In this document: positions 1 to 10,298 of the stretch, one piece after another | How positions within the stretch are numbered: position 1 is the stretch's first letter | How the letters are laid out: the number at the start of each line of letters is the position of its first letter | Source of the DNA: a virus | Lineage: Duplodnaviria > Caudoviricetes | Virus record (IMG/VR): IMGVR_UViG_3300048606_000012 | Span: 1-24,079 of that record | DNA: 24,079 bases | Direction: 5' to 3' (one strand) | The notes under the pieces: generated by a model | Databases searched by the model: none | What the model was told of the DNA's origin: nothing | The model's input: only the letters and a program-made list of their open reading frames with translations | Translations under genes and position numbers: made by a program

Positions 1-90
1 AGTTGACTTAAAAAATATTCCCAAAAGTTTTTATAAAATAGTATATCTTGTAAGACATAGGGCAGAGGTATATAAAGGGGTGAAAAAATT

Positions 91-561
91 ATGAGTAGAC
101 CTCCAAAATTACCTGAAATGCTTGAGGGCAACAGTAATTCGAAAGAGGATTTAATCGTCCGTAATAAAGTTAAAGCCATGTTCGGTGCAGAAGTCATAAA
201 AGACCTGAAACCTAGTAACAGGCTTAATAAAAATCAAAAAGATATTTTCAATTTTATCAAAGCGCATATCGAGAATGTGGGTATACATGGCGACATTGAC
301 GCTCACATGCTTGAAACGGCTTCTATCGCAATAGACCGCCTGCAGAACATTGAAAAGCTTATCAACGAAGATTTTGACATGATTCGTGATAGGGAGTTAA
401 TGCAGGCCAAAAGCAAATATACAGTTGATTTCATGAAAGCTGTTGAGTTCTTCGGAATGGCTCCGACAGCTCGGGCGAAGTTCGGTTCACTGGTGGCTAA
501 CAATAAGGCCAAAGAGCAGGACCCGTTATTGAAAGTATTAAAGAAAAATAAAAGTGGTTGA
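91..561 (+). CDS. terS: Phage terminase small subunit (P27-like)
   Basis: 156 aa, directly upstream of TerL. MSRPPK N-terminus, 'FGMAPTARAK' and 'DPLLKVL' C-terminal motifs typical of P27-family TerS. SD aaggggtg upstream. Confidence 0.85.
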   Translation: MSRPPKLPEMLEGNSNSKEDLIVRNKVKAMFGAEVIKDLKPSNRLNKNQKDIFNFIKAHIENVGIHGDIDAHMLETASIAIDRLQNIEKLINEDFDMIRDRELMQAKSKYTVDFMKAVEFFGMAPTARAKFGSLVANNKAKEQDPLLKVLKKNKSG

Positions 562-2246
562 TAATCATGTTGTTTGAAATGGCCTGCCAGTATGCGAATG
601 ATGTATTGGACGGAAAAGAAGTAGCAAACAAGTATGTGAAAAAACAATGCCAGATATTCTTAGATGACCTTGAGCGTCAACATGACGATAATTTCGCCTA
701 TTACATGGACTTGGATCAAATCGAAGTAGTAGAAGGTATCTTAGGCCTGCTTAACTTTGCTACAGGAATAGGTGTGACGAATAAGACTGTACTAGAGGGC
801 TTGGTAGGATTCCAAGCCTTCTTTTTTGTGAATGTTTTCGGGTTCCGTTTTAAATCCAATCCAGAGAAATTCAAGAATCGTGACATAACGCTTTTTATCT
901 GCAGGAAAAACGGTAAGACATGGCTTGTCGCTATCCTGTTTATTATCTTGTTACTAACTGAGGACGATTTCAGCGAGTTTTATTCTATCTGTAAAGACCG
1001 TGAACTAGCAGGCCTAGTCAAAACAATGATTGCTCAAGTTCTGAGCGCTAGTCCTGCCATCAATAGTTATTTCGTAGTACCAAAAACATTATCGGGCAAA
1101 GTGGTATGTAAGCTCACAAATTCTTTTTATCAGCCACGGACAGCAGACCCGAGCGCTAACAACGGCCTGCGCCCTAGTGCTTTCATAGCAGATGAAATTG
1201 GAGCTTTTAAAGAGTACGACAATATTAATGCGATGCAGTCAGGCCAGTTAAGTGTTAAGAATCCTCTGAGATTCAAAATCACTACGGCCTATCCTGAGGA
1301 CCAGAGCATCATGCTCGAAGAATTAGCCTATATTAAAAAAGTATTTGACGGGTCAATCGAGGACAACCGTATGTTCGCTTTGCTGTATTATGCCGAAGAT
1401 AATTATTTATGGGACGAAATCGGACTTTTACAGGCTAATCCCCTCAGAATAGAGGAAAACTATCAGGAGATTCGTGATAACCGTAAAGAGGCAATCGAAA
1501 AACCCAAAGTACGGGCTGAATACCTTTGTAAGCACATGAACCACTTTATGCCTAGCAACGCAGGCGAAGAGTATGTCAATGTCGAGGATTTACGACAATG
1601 TAAGATACCTGAGTTTGATTGGACAGGCCGACAGGTGTGGATTGGTGTCGATTTGGCTCTTACAGTAGATAACTGCGCTATTGCGATGGTCACAGAAGAG
1701 GATTTGAAAATTTATGCTGATGTATTCGCTTTTGTTCCAACTGAGAGAATTGAGGAAAAGAACCGTGTCGAGAAAATCAATTATTACGATTTTATCAAAG
1801 CAGGCAATTGTTTTGCTTGTGGTGACATGGTAATGGATTACGGCTTTATGGAAGAGTTTGTTTTAGCAATCGAAGAAAAGTACAAGGTTACCGTTATGGG
1901 CGTGGGCTATGACCGTTACAATGCGTTAAGTTCAGCGCAACGATGGGAACGGGCCAACCTCAAGACCGTGGAAGTTAAACAACATTCTTCGGTGCTTCAT
2001 CCTGCTACTAAGTTGCTACGCGAAAAAATCTTGAATAAAGAGTTTTTCTACACGCCAAATGACTTACTGGAAATCAATTTTCAAAATGCAAAAGTTATCG
2101 AAAATAATAATAAAGACACTTACATTAACAAAAAGAAAAGTACAGGCAAAGTAGATATGTTAGCGAGCCTTATCAATGGAGTGTACCTGCTTCAAATGGA
2201 CGTTATCTTTAATCCTGACAGCGATTGGGCTATCCAAATCATTTAA
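558..2246 (+). CDS. terL: Phage terminase large subunit
   Basis: Walker A RKNGKT, Walker B FIADE, coupling motif ITTA, nuclease motifs GVDLA and KVD. Start is either TTG 558 (overlapping the TerS stop) or ATG 567. Confidence 0.95.
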   Translation: MIIMLFEMACQYANDVLDGKEVANKYVKKQCQIFLDDLERQHDDNFAYYMDLDQIEVVEGILGLLNFATGIGVTNKTVLEGLVGFQAFFFVNVFGFRFKSNPEKFKNRDITLFICRKNGKTWLVAILFIILLLTEDDFSEFYSICKDRELAGLVKTMIAQVLSASPAINSYFVVPKTLSGKVVCKLTNSFYQPRTADPSANNGLRPSAFIADEIGAFKEYDNINAMQSGQLSVKNPLRFKITTAYPEDQSIMLEELAYIKKVFDGSIEDNRMFALLYYAEDNYLWDEIGLLQANPLRIEENYQEIRDNRKEAIEKPKVRAEYLCKHMNHFMPSNAGEEYVNVEDLRQCKIPEFDWTGRQVWIGVDLALTVDNCAIAMVTEEDLKIYADVFAFVPTERIEEKNRVEKINYYDFIKAGNCFACGDMVMDYGFMEEFVLAIEEKYKVTVMGVGYDRYNALSSAQRWERANLKTVEVKQHSSVLHPATKLLREKILNKEFFYTPNDLLEINFQNAKVIENNNKDTYINKKKSTGKVDMLASLINGVYLLQMDVIFNPDSDWAIQII

Positions 2247-2261
2247 AAAGGAGGTTTGCCC

Positions 2262-3539
2262 GTGTGGCCTTTTAGAAAGAAAGAAGAACGAGCAACCTTA
2301 GAAGAAATCTTAATTCAAAGTGGCGCTTTAACGACCACTCTTTCGAAAGACCAAGCTTTAAACATTCCTGCTTTCACAGCTTGCGTAGAATTAATCTCAA
2401 TGACAGTCGCAAGTTTGCCCGTGAAGCTTTATACAGCGACAGGCGAAACTACAGAAACAAAAGAGGATCAACGTGTTGACTTATTAAATGATGATACGGG
2501 TGATACCTTAGACGGATTCCAATTGAAGAAAGCGCTTGTCGAAGATTACTTGATACACGGTGGAGGCTATGCCTTTATCAATCGCAGGCTAAACAATGCT
2601 CAAAGTGTGCATTATGTGGACTTTCCTTACATTGCGATTAACAAGAATGTGGACCCAATCTATAAAAAAGCTGACTTTATGGTAAATGGCGAATCTTTTG
2701 CTGAATACCAATTCATTAAGTTGCTTCGAAAGACCAAAGACGGGGTTACAGGCAAAGGAATTTTAAAAGAAAACAATAAAATGCTGTCTGTCGCCTATAA
2801 TCAAATGGCCTATGAAGAGGTTCTGGTTAAAACTGGTGGAAATAAGAAGGGATTTTTAAAATCGCAAGGTCGTTTAAGCTCTGAGGCTATGGCTGAGTTA
2901 AAAGCAGGATGGAAAGACCTTTATGCCAACTCAGAAGAGAACGTTTTAGTCCTTAATAATGGGCTTGAGTTCCAAGAGGCCTCTCAGACCTCCGTAGAGC
3001 TTCAATTGAATGAACACAAGCAAAGTAACTCAGACGAGATTTGCAAGGTGTTCCTGGTCACGCCACGCATTTTAACAGGCGAAGCAGACGAAGAAGAATA
3101 TAATAATTGGATTAAAATTTGTATTTTGCCTATTTTGGTATCATTTGAAACGGCTTTAAACAAAGATTTCCTCTTACCGAGCGAAAAAGAAAACCATTAT
3201 TTCGCCTTTGACACCACAGATTTAACAAAAGCCTCAATCGAAGAACGTTTTTCTGCCTATGACATAGCCATTAAAGGCGGTTTTATGCAAATTGACGAGG
3301 TTCGATACAAAGAGAATTTAGCCCCATTAAAGCTGAATTGGATTAAAATGGGCTTGCAAGATGTACTTTATTTCCCTAAATCTGAGGAAATTTACACGCC
3401 AAACACCAATAAACTCGCTAAAATGGGCGAAAATCCAACAGTAGAATCGACAGGAGGGGCAAATAATGAAGGAATTTCAAATCAATCTGGACTTAATCAA
3501 GAAAACGGAAATACCGCCAATACAGGTCAAGCGAACTGA
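2262..3539 (+). CDS. HK97-family portal protein
   Basis: [30 protein letters not shown] and [10 protein letters not shown] motifs, and position after TerL. SD AAGGAGGT at 2248-2255 abuts the TTG at 2256, so GTG 2262 is the preferred start. Confidence 0.93.
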   Translation: MWPFRKKEERATLEEILIQSGALTTTLSKDQALNIPAFTACVELISMTVASLPVKLYTATGETTETKEDQRVDLLNDDTGDTLDGFQLKKALVEDYLIHGGGYAFINRRLNNAQSVHYVDFPYIAINKNVDPIYKKADFMVNGESFAEYQFIKLLRKTKDGVTGKGILKENNKMLSVAYNQMAYEEVLVKTGGNKKGFLKSQGRLSSEAMAELKAGWKDLYANSEENVLVLNNGLEFQEASQTSVELQLNEHKQSNSDEICKVFLVTPRILTGEADEEEYNNWIKICILPILVSFETALNKDFLLPSEKENHYFAFDTTDLTKASIEERFSAYDIAIKGGFMQIDEVRYKENLAPLKLNWIKMGLQDVLYFPKSEEIYTPNTNKLAKMGENPTVESTGGANNEGISNQSGLNQENGNTANTGQAN

Positions 3540-5628
3540 TTTAAACAACATTCTTTTTCAATTTGTCCTTACAGATAACGGGCTAATTGTTGATTTAACC
3601 GACTCTATTGTGCGTCTGAGTGTTTTAAAACCGTCTGGACTAACTGTTTTCCAAGATTGCGTCATTACAGACGCTTTGGATGGCTCTTGCGAGGCACTTT
3701 TAAACAATCAAGCCTATTTAGAGACAGGGATGCACTCAGGGGAACTAGTGATAACCAAAGGGGAAACCCAATCGACCACCAGGCAATTCGAATATTTTTC
3801 TTTAAATACAATCATGAACGATAATACACTAGAAAGCTCGAATGATTGGGAAACTCTACATACTATTTTGCTTAATAGTGGGTTAAAGCCCCTTTTAGGC
3901 GAAAATACGCCTAATGGAATCGTGGAGCCTGATTACAAAGGCCAAATCTACTTAGATACCTTAAATAACCTCATGTTTTACGCTTTTGACTTAACTGTAA
4001 ACAGTTGGTCTCCTTTCGGCACAGGCTCAGGTGGTGAAGGTGGCGGTGGTCCTGTTTATTGGGCTGATATTCTCTCGAAACCTCTCACTTTCGTACCGAG
4101 CAATCACGACCACGGAATGCTCGAAATTACAGGCTTAACCGAAGCACTTGATACGATTGAAAAAATGGAAGGACCACAAGGACCTGCAGGACCGCAAGGA
4201 TTACAGGGTTTGCAAGGTTTACAAGGGATTCCAGGCCCAAAAGGTGATAAAGGCGATAAAGGGGATCAAGGCTTGCAAGGAATTGCAGGACCGAAAGGAA
4301 ATACAGGCGATATTGGTCCTGCAGGCGAGCAAGGTCCCATTGGATTAACAGGTCCAGAAGGTCCCATCGGTCCAAAAGGTGATGATGGCGCTGACGGTAC
4401 AGGCGTGACGATTTTAGGGAGCTATCCCACAGCAGGCGACTTAAATACAGCTCACCCGACAGGAAATACCATTGGTGACGCTTACATTGTGGCAGGTGAT
4501 TTATATGTATGGAATGGCTCTATTTTTGAGAATGTTGGACGAATTCAAGGACCCGAAGGAGCGCAGGGTCCCATCGGACCAACTGGACCAAAAGGAGATG
4601 CAGGCGAAACTGGAATTCAAGGAATTCAAGGACCTGCAGGACCAGAAGGAGCGCAGGGACTAAAAGGAGATACAGGTCTGCAGGGACCTATCGGACCTGA
4701 TGGACCGCAAGGGATTCAGGGAATTCCAGGCGAAACAGGCCCACAAGGAATTGCAGGACCCGAGGGACCCCAGGGGTTAAAGGGAGATACGGGTTTACAA
4801 GGGATTCAAGGGATTCAAGGACCGATTGGACCTGATGGACCCACTGGTTTACAAGGTCCTCAAGGATTAAAAGGAGATACGGGATTACAAGGACCCATCG
4901 GACCAGAGGGACCACAGGGACCTGCAGGAGCAAAAGGGGATACAGGCGAAATTGGGCCAACTGGACCACAAGGAATCCAGGGACCCATCGGACCCGAAGG
5001 ATTACAGGGACCACAAGGATTAAAGGGAGATACAGGAGATATTGGACCACAAGGGCCACAGGGGGTGCAGGCGAGTGTTGAAGATAATCTTATTAGCACT
5101 AGTATTGATACTGCTCTTTCAGCTAATCAAGGGCGTATTTTAAACGAAACAAAAGCTAATATTGACCATGTTCATGACTATGCGCCCGATACCCATTCGC
5201 ATATAGTTGCTGAAATCGAAGGACTTCAAACTGAATTAGATGGCAAATTATCTAAAACAGGTGGAGAGCTTACAGGCCCTTTGACGATAACGAATAAAGG
5301 CGATTTAAAAGAACAACTCAAAATTAATATTGATAGAGCATGGACTTTTAAACAAACAGGCGTAGACGCAAGCTCGCAATTAACTCTTTCGCCTGACACA
5401 AATAATAAAACATTTAACATCATGTCACCTTTAGGTGTAAAAACACTTGAAGTTAGAGTTAGTGATATACCCGAAGATGGCTATATCAATGCGCCTGTCA
5501 TTCAAGAAAACGGAACGAATTTAAGCGATAAGTATTTATTAAATACAAGAATCTGGACAGGTACACAGGCCGAATATGATGCAGTTGCCACGAAAGACGC
5601 AACGACTTTATATTTTATAACGGGGTGA
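3466..5628 (+). CDS. Collagen-like fibre protein with BppU-like N-terminal domain
   Basis: N-terminus resembles the BppU/DUF2479 Ig domain ([14 protein letters not shown]...VRL...KPSG). Two Gly-X-Y blocks, H-x-H knots (HDH, HVH, HSH), the fibre repeat DNLISTS..ALSANQG, and C-terminal TQAEYDA..KD.TTLYFI. SD aggagggg upstream. Confidence 0.85.
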   Translation: MKEFQINLDLIKKTEIPPIQVKRTDLNNILFQFVLTDNGLIVDLTDSIVRLSVLKPSGLTVFQDCVITDALDGSCEALLNNQAYLETGMHSGELVITKGETQSTTRQFEYFSLNTIMNDNTLESSNDWETLHTILLNSGLKPLLGENTPNGIVEPDYKGQIYLDTLNNLMFYAFDLTVNSWSPFGTGSGGEGGGGPVYWADILSKPLTFVPSNHDHGMLEITGLTEALDTIEKMEGPQGPAGPQGLQGLQGLQGIPGPKGDKGDKGDQGLQGIAGPKGNTGDIGPAGEQGPIGLTGPEGPIGPKGDDGADGTGVTILGSYPTAGDLNTAHPTGNTIGDAYIVAGDLYVWNGSIFENVGRIQGPEGAQGPIGPTGPKGDAGETGIQGIQGPAGPEGAQGLKGDTGLQGPIGPDGPQGIQGIPGETGPQGIAGPEGPQGLKGDTGLQGIQGIQGPIGPDGPTGLQGPQGLKGDTGLQGPIGPEGPQGPAGAKGDTGEIGPTGPQGIQGPIGPEGLQGPQGLKGDTGDIGPQGPQGVQASVEDNLISTSIDTALSANQGRILNETKANIDHVHDYAPDTHSHIVAEIEGLQTELDGKLSKTGGELTGPLTITNKGDLKEQLKINIDRAWTFKQTGVDASSQLTLSPDTNNKTFNIMSPLGVKTLEVRVSDIPEDGYINAPVIQENGTNLSDKYLLNTRIWTGTQAEYDAVATKDATTLYFITG
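4171..5070 (+). repeat. Collagen Gly-X-Y repeats: about 26 triplets (4171-4404) and 58 triplets (4549-5070) separated by a ~48 aa globular spacer
   Basis: Read directly from the translation, with recurring [12 protein letters not shown] units. Confidence 0.95.
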
Positions 5629-5632
5629 CAGA

Positions 5633-8449
5633 ATGGCTAATTTGGCAAATGTGCCTATTAAATATATAAAAGTAAATGAAGACCGTTCAAGGGTTAGTAG
5701 TAATTTAAAACCAATAGAAATAAATGTGACGGCTCTTGGAAAAGACCAATGCCAAATAGGCGGAACAATTGAAAGTGATATATCGCCTATTACTGGAACA
5801 ATAACAACCTTAATTGATGGGGATATTGTAAATTCTATTACGTTTGATAACGATGTAAAGCCTAGTATTATTGTAACTTTACCAGAAGCACGAACAGATA
5901 TAACTCAAATAATGGTACGTCATGCAGACCCTACCGATAAACCTATTGTTTATGTATCTGAAAATAAAGTTGATTGGTTTGAAATCACTTTTGAAGGTGA
6001 AGAAGACGATTGGAGACGTTTGAAATATTCAATTCCCGTTAACAGTTCAATAGAATTTACAACTTCTATACCAACATGGATTGAAATAAACGATAATGTT
6101 GAAATGGATATTTCTGACGGACAGTTTGGAACAGTCGAGTTTTTCATAAAATTTAAACCAGATTTACCAAATGAAATTCAAGCAATAACAGATAAAGGTG
6201 ATTTAGGCACTCAGCAATATTACATGTTAATGGATGCTCGAAGTGGAACACCTCAGATTAAATTTAAACTAGGGAATAGTCATGAAATAACGGTGGATAG
6301 AACTAAGGACATAATAGGCCGATGGGTTCATATGGCATTTGTTATGGACGGTTCAAAAATTATTTATTACGAAGATGGAGAACTCATTCATCAAGAGGAA
6401 GGATTAAATTATTTTTTTAGTCGAACTAGTATAAGGTTAACATTCGGTAGAACCTCAGATAGACAAATGTATTATGGAAATTTTCTTTACAATTACCATA
6501 GAGTTTGGAATGTCGCACGAAGTCAAACAGAAATAAAAGATAACGCCTATTATGATGTTGACCCTACAAATCCTGATTTAAGAGGATATTGGGTTTTTAA
6601 TAATAGAAAACCAAAAGAGTTAACAGGAGGACTACACGAAGGATATTTAAAAAATAATGTGACTTTCCCTCTTGATGTTCCAGTCGAGACACTGGTAAAT
6701 AATTCTTTAGAATTTATAAGAGACCAACAAAGCTATGTTTCTATTTCACATCATGATTCATTGACGATTAACGGACCAATGACTCTCGAATTTTGGGTTA
6801 AAATGAAAAGCCCTTTACCTAATGATTTTCAAGTATTAGTGGATAAAGGAAATATCGGAACGACTCAATTTTATGTGCTTCATGAAGGCCGTAACGGCAA
6901 TAATCAAATTAAATATCGATTCGGAACAGGCCCCGAAAGAACTTTCAACCGTCCTGTTGATATTATAGGCAATTGGACACATATGGCTTTTGTCTGGGAC
7001 GGAACCAACATGTTTTATTATGAAAATGGCCTGCAAGTCGCACAAGAAAGTTTTCCTGTTTCTTTTTCGCCTAATACTATGCCTTTAACATTCGGGAGAA
7101 TGTCAGCAGGTGGAGCTTATTTAAATGCTTATCTGGATAATGTCAGACTTTGGAATGTTAGTAGAAGTGCAGAAGAGATAAATAATAACAAAGATATTCC
7201 AATCGATGGAAATACACAAGGTTTAATAGGGTTGTGGGAGTTTGACGAAGGAGCAGGAATAGTTGTAAATGACCTTAGTGTAAATAATAACGATGGGATC
7301 ATAACAAATGCGGTTTTTTCAACAGACGCCTCTCCTACAATATTACCTACAATAACAGGACCTATTATATTAGGCGAAACAAAGATTGATAATATTTTTT
7401 TAGGCGAACAACAAATTTTAAATGTGTATTTAGGGGATAAAATTTTAACGAAAAATCCAACAAAGCCTCTTGTACAAGTAACGAGTTTAACAAATTCAGT
7501 TCGTTTGGATTGGCCTGTAACAGAAAATACAACTTCATGGAATATTTATCGTTCAGAAGTTAAAGGGACTTTAGGCGAAAAAATGTCCGATGGAAGTTTT
7601 ATAAAAGTAAATACGTATACAGATACAACCGCAATAGGTGGAACCACTTACTATTATACAGTTGAATCAAAAAACGCTGATAATAACAAAGCCACAAAAG
7701 CAGAGCAAGTAACGGGATTCCCTTATTCAGAACTTGTTTATGAAAATAAATTGGTAGATTTTATAGGCTATACAGGTTGGACGGTGTACGGTACACCAGA
7801 AGTTACAAGTGATTTTGGAAACGTTGCCACTTTACAAGGGGGCGACCGATTAAAAATTGATACAGCCGAAAGATTACGATTTTATCTGCCTGTAGGAGTG
7901 GTTGGTAGTGCGAACGCAGGCGGTATCATCAAAGCAAATATAGCAGGCAAAAACGAATACACGATGGAATATGAAATACGCTTTGATACAGGCTTTCCGT
8001 GGAGTAAAGGCGGTAAAGTCCCAGGTTTGTCAGGTGGTGTTGGTTATACAGGCGGTGAACCTGCCACGGCAGGCGATGGTTTTAGCGTCCGAATGATGTG
8101 GCGAGAAGATGGGCGCATTATTCCATATGTCTATCATTACAAGCAAACAGACCAATTCGGAGACACCTTCGGATTGACTCTCGGATATTTCACTAATACA
8201 AAAGCACATAAAGTCAAATACTATGTAAAGCTTAATACACCAGGTGGTATGCCTGAGGGCATCGCAGATGGGATATTAAGGATTTGGATAGACGATATTT
8301 TAGTTTTGGACAAGACCGACATGTGCTACAGGACAGACCAAAGCCAAATTGATACAGCTCATATTTCCATTTTCCCAGGTGGTTCTACTGCTGATTGGAA
8401 TATGACAGCCGATGGATATATTCGTTTGTCATATGTTCAATGGCAATAA
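5633..8449 (+). CDS. Modular carbohydrate-binding/depolymerase protein: 2x LamG-like, FN3, polysaccharide lyase family 14-like domain
   Basis: Two repeats of W.HMAFV.DG....YYE.G ... R.WNV.RS..EI (LamG-like jellyroll). FN3 motif VRLDW...WNIYRS...YTD....GTTYYYTV. PL14-like motifs GGKVPGLSGG, GFSVRMMWR, LNTPG..DG.LRIW and FPGG. Confidence 0.8.
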   Translation: MANLANVPIKYIKVNEDRSRVSSNLKPIEINVTALGKDQCQIGGTIESDISPITGTITTLIDGDIVNSITFDNDVKPSIIVTLPEARTDITQIMVRHADPTDKPIVYVSENKVDWFEITFEGEEDDWRRLKYSIPVNSSIEFTTSIPTWIEINDNVEMDISDGQFGTVEFFIKFKPDLPNEIQAITDKGDLGTQQYYMLMDARSGTPQIKFKLGNSHEITVDRTKDIIGRWVHMAFVMDGSKIIYYEDGELIHQEEGLNYFFSRTSIRLTFGRTSDRQMYYGNFLYNYHRVWNVARSQTEIKDNAYYDVDPTNPDLRGYWVFNNRKPKELTGGLHEGYLKNNVTFPLDVPVETLVNNSLEFIRDQQSYVSISHHDSLTINGPMTLEFWVKMKSPLPNDFQVLVDKGNIGTTQFYVLHEGRNGNNQIKYRFGTGPERTFNRPVDIIGNWTHMAFVWDGTNMFYYENGLQVAQESFPVSFSPNTMPLTFGRMSAGGAYLNAYLDNVRLWNVSRSAEEINNNKDIPIDGNTQGLIGLWEFDEGAGIVVNDLSVNNNDGIITNAVFSTDASPTILPTITGPIILGETKIDNIFLGEQQILNVYLGDKILTKNPTKPLVQVTSLTNSVRLDWPVTENTTSWNIYRSEVKGTLGEKMSDGSFIKVNTYTDTTAIGGTTYYYTVESKNADNNKATKAEQVTGFPYSELVYENKLVDFIGYTGWTVYGTPEVTSDFGNVATLQGGDRLKIDTAERLRFYLPVGVVGSANAGGIIKANIAGKNEYTMEYEIRFDTGFPWSKGGKVPGLSGGVGYTGGEPATAGDGFSVRMMWREDGRIIPYVYHYKQTDQFGDTFGLTLGYFTNTKAHKVKYYVKLNTPGGMPEGIADGILRIWIDDILVLDKTDMCYRTDQSQIDTAHISIFPGGSTADWNMTADGYIRLSYVQWQ

Positions 8450-8471
8450 TACAGGGTAGAGGTGTTCGAAT

Positions 8472-9407
8472 ATGCAACAAATGAAGCTCATTCCTTTTAC
8501 GGTCAAATCAGTTCAAAAAACGACAGACGAACGCCCGTATGGCATTGACCAAATCAAAGCGCCTGAAATGTGGGATCAAGCCGAAAGAGGCAAAGGAGTC
8601 GTTATTGCCATTCTTGATACAGGCATAGATGTAACTCACCCTGATTTGAAAGACCGTATCATTGACGGGCGAAACTTTACTTTAGAGGGCCGTGTGAATG
8701 ATATTACCGACCGAAATGGTCACGGTACTCATGTAGCAGGCACAATCGCAGGCTCAGAAGATGGTGAGGGCGTCATAGGTGTAGCACCAGAGGCCGACTT
8801 ATTAATTTGTAAAGTGTTAGATAAAGATGGTTCAGGAGATTATAGAGGTATTACACAGGCCATAAGATGGGCTACTAGATGGCGTGGTCCAAATGGCGAA
8901 AAAGTTAGAATCATAAATATGAGTTTAGGGGGGCCAGTTCCAAATGAGAGACAATATAATGCGATTTTACAGGCTTGCGGAGAGGGGATACTTGTCGTTG
9001 TCGCAAGTGGGAACGAAGGAGACCAGGACGAGAGTAGTATGGAGCTTGGTTGGCCTGCTGGGTACAATGAGTGTATTACTGTCTCAGCGTGCGATGAGAC
9101 AAAGAAGCTTGCGCCGTTTTCAAGTAACTCGAAAGAGGTAGATGTAATGGCCCCAGGGGTTGATGTGCTATCTACTTATCCAGTAGGCAAGTATGCTGTT
9201 TTATCAGGTACTTCAATGGCAACCCCTCATGTGACAGGCGCATTGGCTTTAATTATTAATATAGGCGAAAAGTATTTCGATAGAACATTAACGGAATCCG
9301 AGGTATATGCCCTTTTGGTCGAGAGCTGTTGTTCTTTGGGCTATAAGCCATCAAGTGAAGGACACGGCATAATTGATTTAACGAACTTGAATAAAAGATG
9401 CAAATAA
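8472..9407 (+). CDS. isp: Intracellular subtilisin (S8), Isp/IspA-like
   Basis: Catalytic triad motifs ILDTG, HGTHVAG, GTSMATPHV. N-terminal LIPF motif characteristic of Bacillus intracellular serine proteases. No signal peptide or large prodomain. Confidence 0.92.
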   Translation: MQQMKLIPFTVKSVQKTTDERPYGIDQIKAPEMWDQAERGKGVVIAILDTGIDVTHPDLKDRIIDGRNFTLEGRVNDITDRNGHGTHVAGTIAGSEDGEGVIGVAPEADLLICKVLDKDGSGDYRGITQAIRWATRWRGPNGEKVRIINMSLGGPVPNERQYNAILQACGEGILVVVASGNEGDQDESSMELGWPAGYNECITVSACDETKKLAPFSSNSKEVDVMAPGVDVLSTYPVGKYAVLSGTSMATPHVTGALALIINIGEKYFDRTLTESEVYALLVESCCSLGYKPSSEGHGIIDLTNLNKRCK

Positions 9408-9473
9408 GAGGCAAAATACTACTAAACCTTTGGTCAATTTCAATATCCAACGTATATCCTTTCATACATGCAG

Positions 9474-9511
9474 ACAAAGACCTGAGAATATTGATATTCT
9501 TGGGTTTTTGT
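9474..9511 (+). terminator. Strong hairpin, probable intrinsic terminator after the isp-like gene
   Basis: acaaagacctgagaata-ttga-tattcttgggtttttgt: 17 bp stem including G-U pairs, 4 nt loop, T-rich 3' side. Confidence 0.6.
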
Positions 9512-9574
9512 AATTGTTTACATGTATACGTTTTTAGTTTACTTGGCAAAAATAACTATATTAACATATTTTTT

Positions 9575-9598
9575 AGTCCTGAAAAATGGACTTTTTTT
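9575..9598 (+). terminator. Weak hairpin plus T-tract before the prohead protease gene
   Basis: agtcc-tgaaaaat-ggact followed by tttttt. The stem is only 5 bp. Confidence 0.3.
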
Positions 9599-9623
9599 AT
9601 GCATGAAAGGGGGTGACACCTAA

Positions 9624-10298
9624 ATGCGGATTGAACTAAGAAGTGACTCAGTAATATTGGACGGGTATGTCAATGTGGTCTTGCGTGAGAGCCGAGAGTT
9701 ATCTAGTCCTAGAGGCCCGTTTGTTGAAGAAATTAAGCCCCGTGCTTTTGAAAGAGCTTTACGGAAAAATGATTCTGTCGATTTTCTTTTCAATCATGAC
9801 CGTAACCGTAAGTTAGGTTCTACCCGAACAGGCGAAATAGAGCTTCGTGAGGATAATGTCGGCCTGCGAGCGATAGCAACTGTGACGGATCAAATCGTAA
9901 TGGATAAGGCCCGTAACGGTGAACTTCGTGGTTGGAGTTTTGGTTTCTCTAGTTTAAAAGATGAATGGACGCCCCGTGAGAACGGCCTGCAAAAACGCTC
10001 GATTGAAGAACTTGAACTCTATGAAGTAAGCGTCCTAGATAAAACACCTGCATATTTGGCTACAAGTATAGAGCATCGTGGTGAAGTTGAAGTCTTGACT
10101 GAAACACGGATAGAAGAATTTCAGGCGAAAATCGATGATAAATCGACTAAATCTGAGGATAAACCCCTTGATACAGAAGAAACTAAGAAACAGGAAGAAA
10201 CTAGAGACAATCCTCAACCTTACTATTTTTCTAATCTTCAAAACGAAATTACCCTATTGCAACTCAAAGGAGGCAATTTAGATAAATGTCTATCTTAA
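9624..10298 (+). CDS. HK97-family prohead (maturation) protease
   Basis: FVEEI...AF, FLFNHD, LREDNVGL, GWSFGF and LYEVSVLD..PAY motifs. SD aaagggggtga upstream. Confidence 0.93.
   Translation: MRIELRSDSVILDGYVNVVLRESRELSSPRGPFVEEIKPRAFERALRKNDSVDFLFNHDRNRKLGSTRTGEIELREDNVGLRAIATVTDQIVMDKARNGELRGWSFGFSSLKDEWTPRENGLQKRSIEELELYEVSVLDKTPAYLATSIEHRGEVEVLTETRIEEFQAKIDDKSTKSEDKPLDTEETKKQEETRDNPQPYYFSNLQNEITLLQLKGGNLDKCLS

Noticed and set aside
1-90. sigmaA promoter (TTGACT at 3-8) or cos site
   Set aside because: The nearest -10-like hexamers are 23 or more nt away. A cos site is plausible near terS but not identifiable here.
4127-5099. Several alternative-frame and antisense ORFs over the collagen repeats
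   Set aside because: By-products of the repetitive GGN-rich coding sequence.
9256-9616. ORFs 9398-9616 (+) and 9256-9549 (-) as small genes or toxin
   Set aside because: No clear SD, they run through terminator-like hairpins, and there is no family resemblance.
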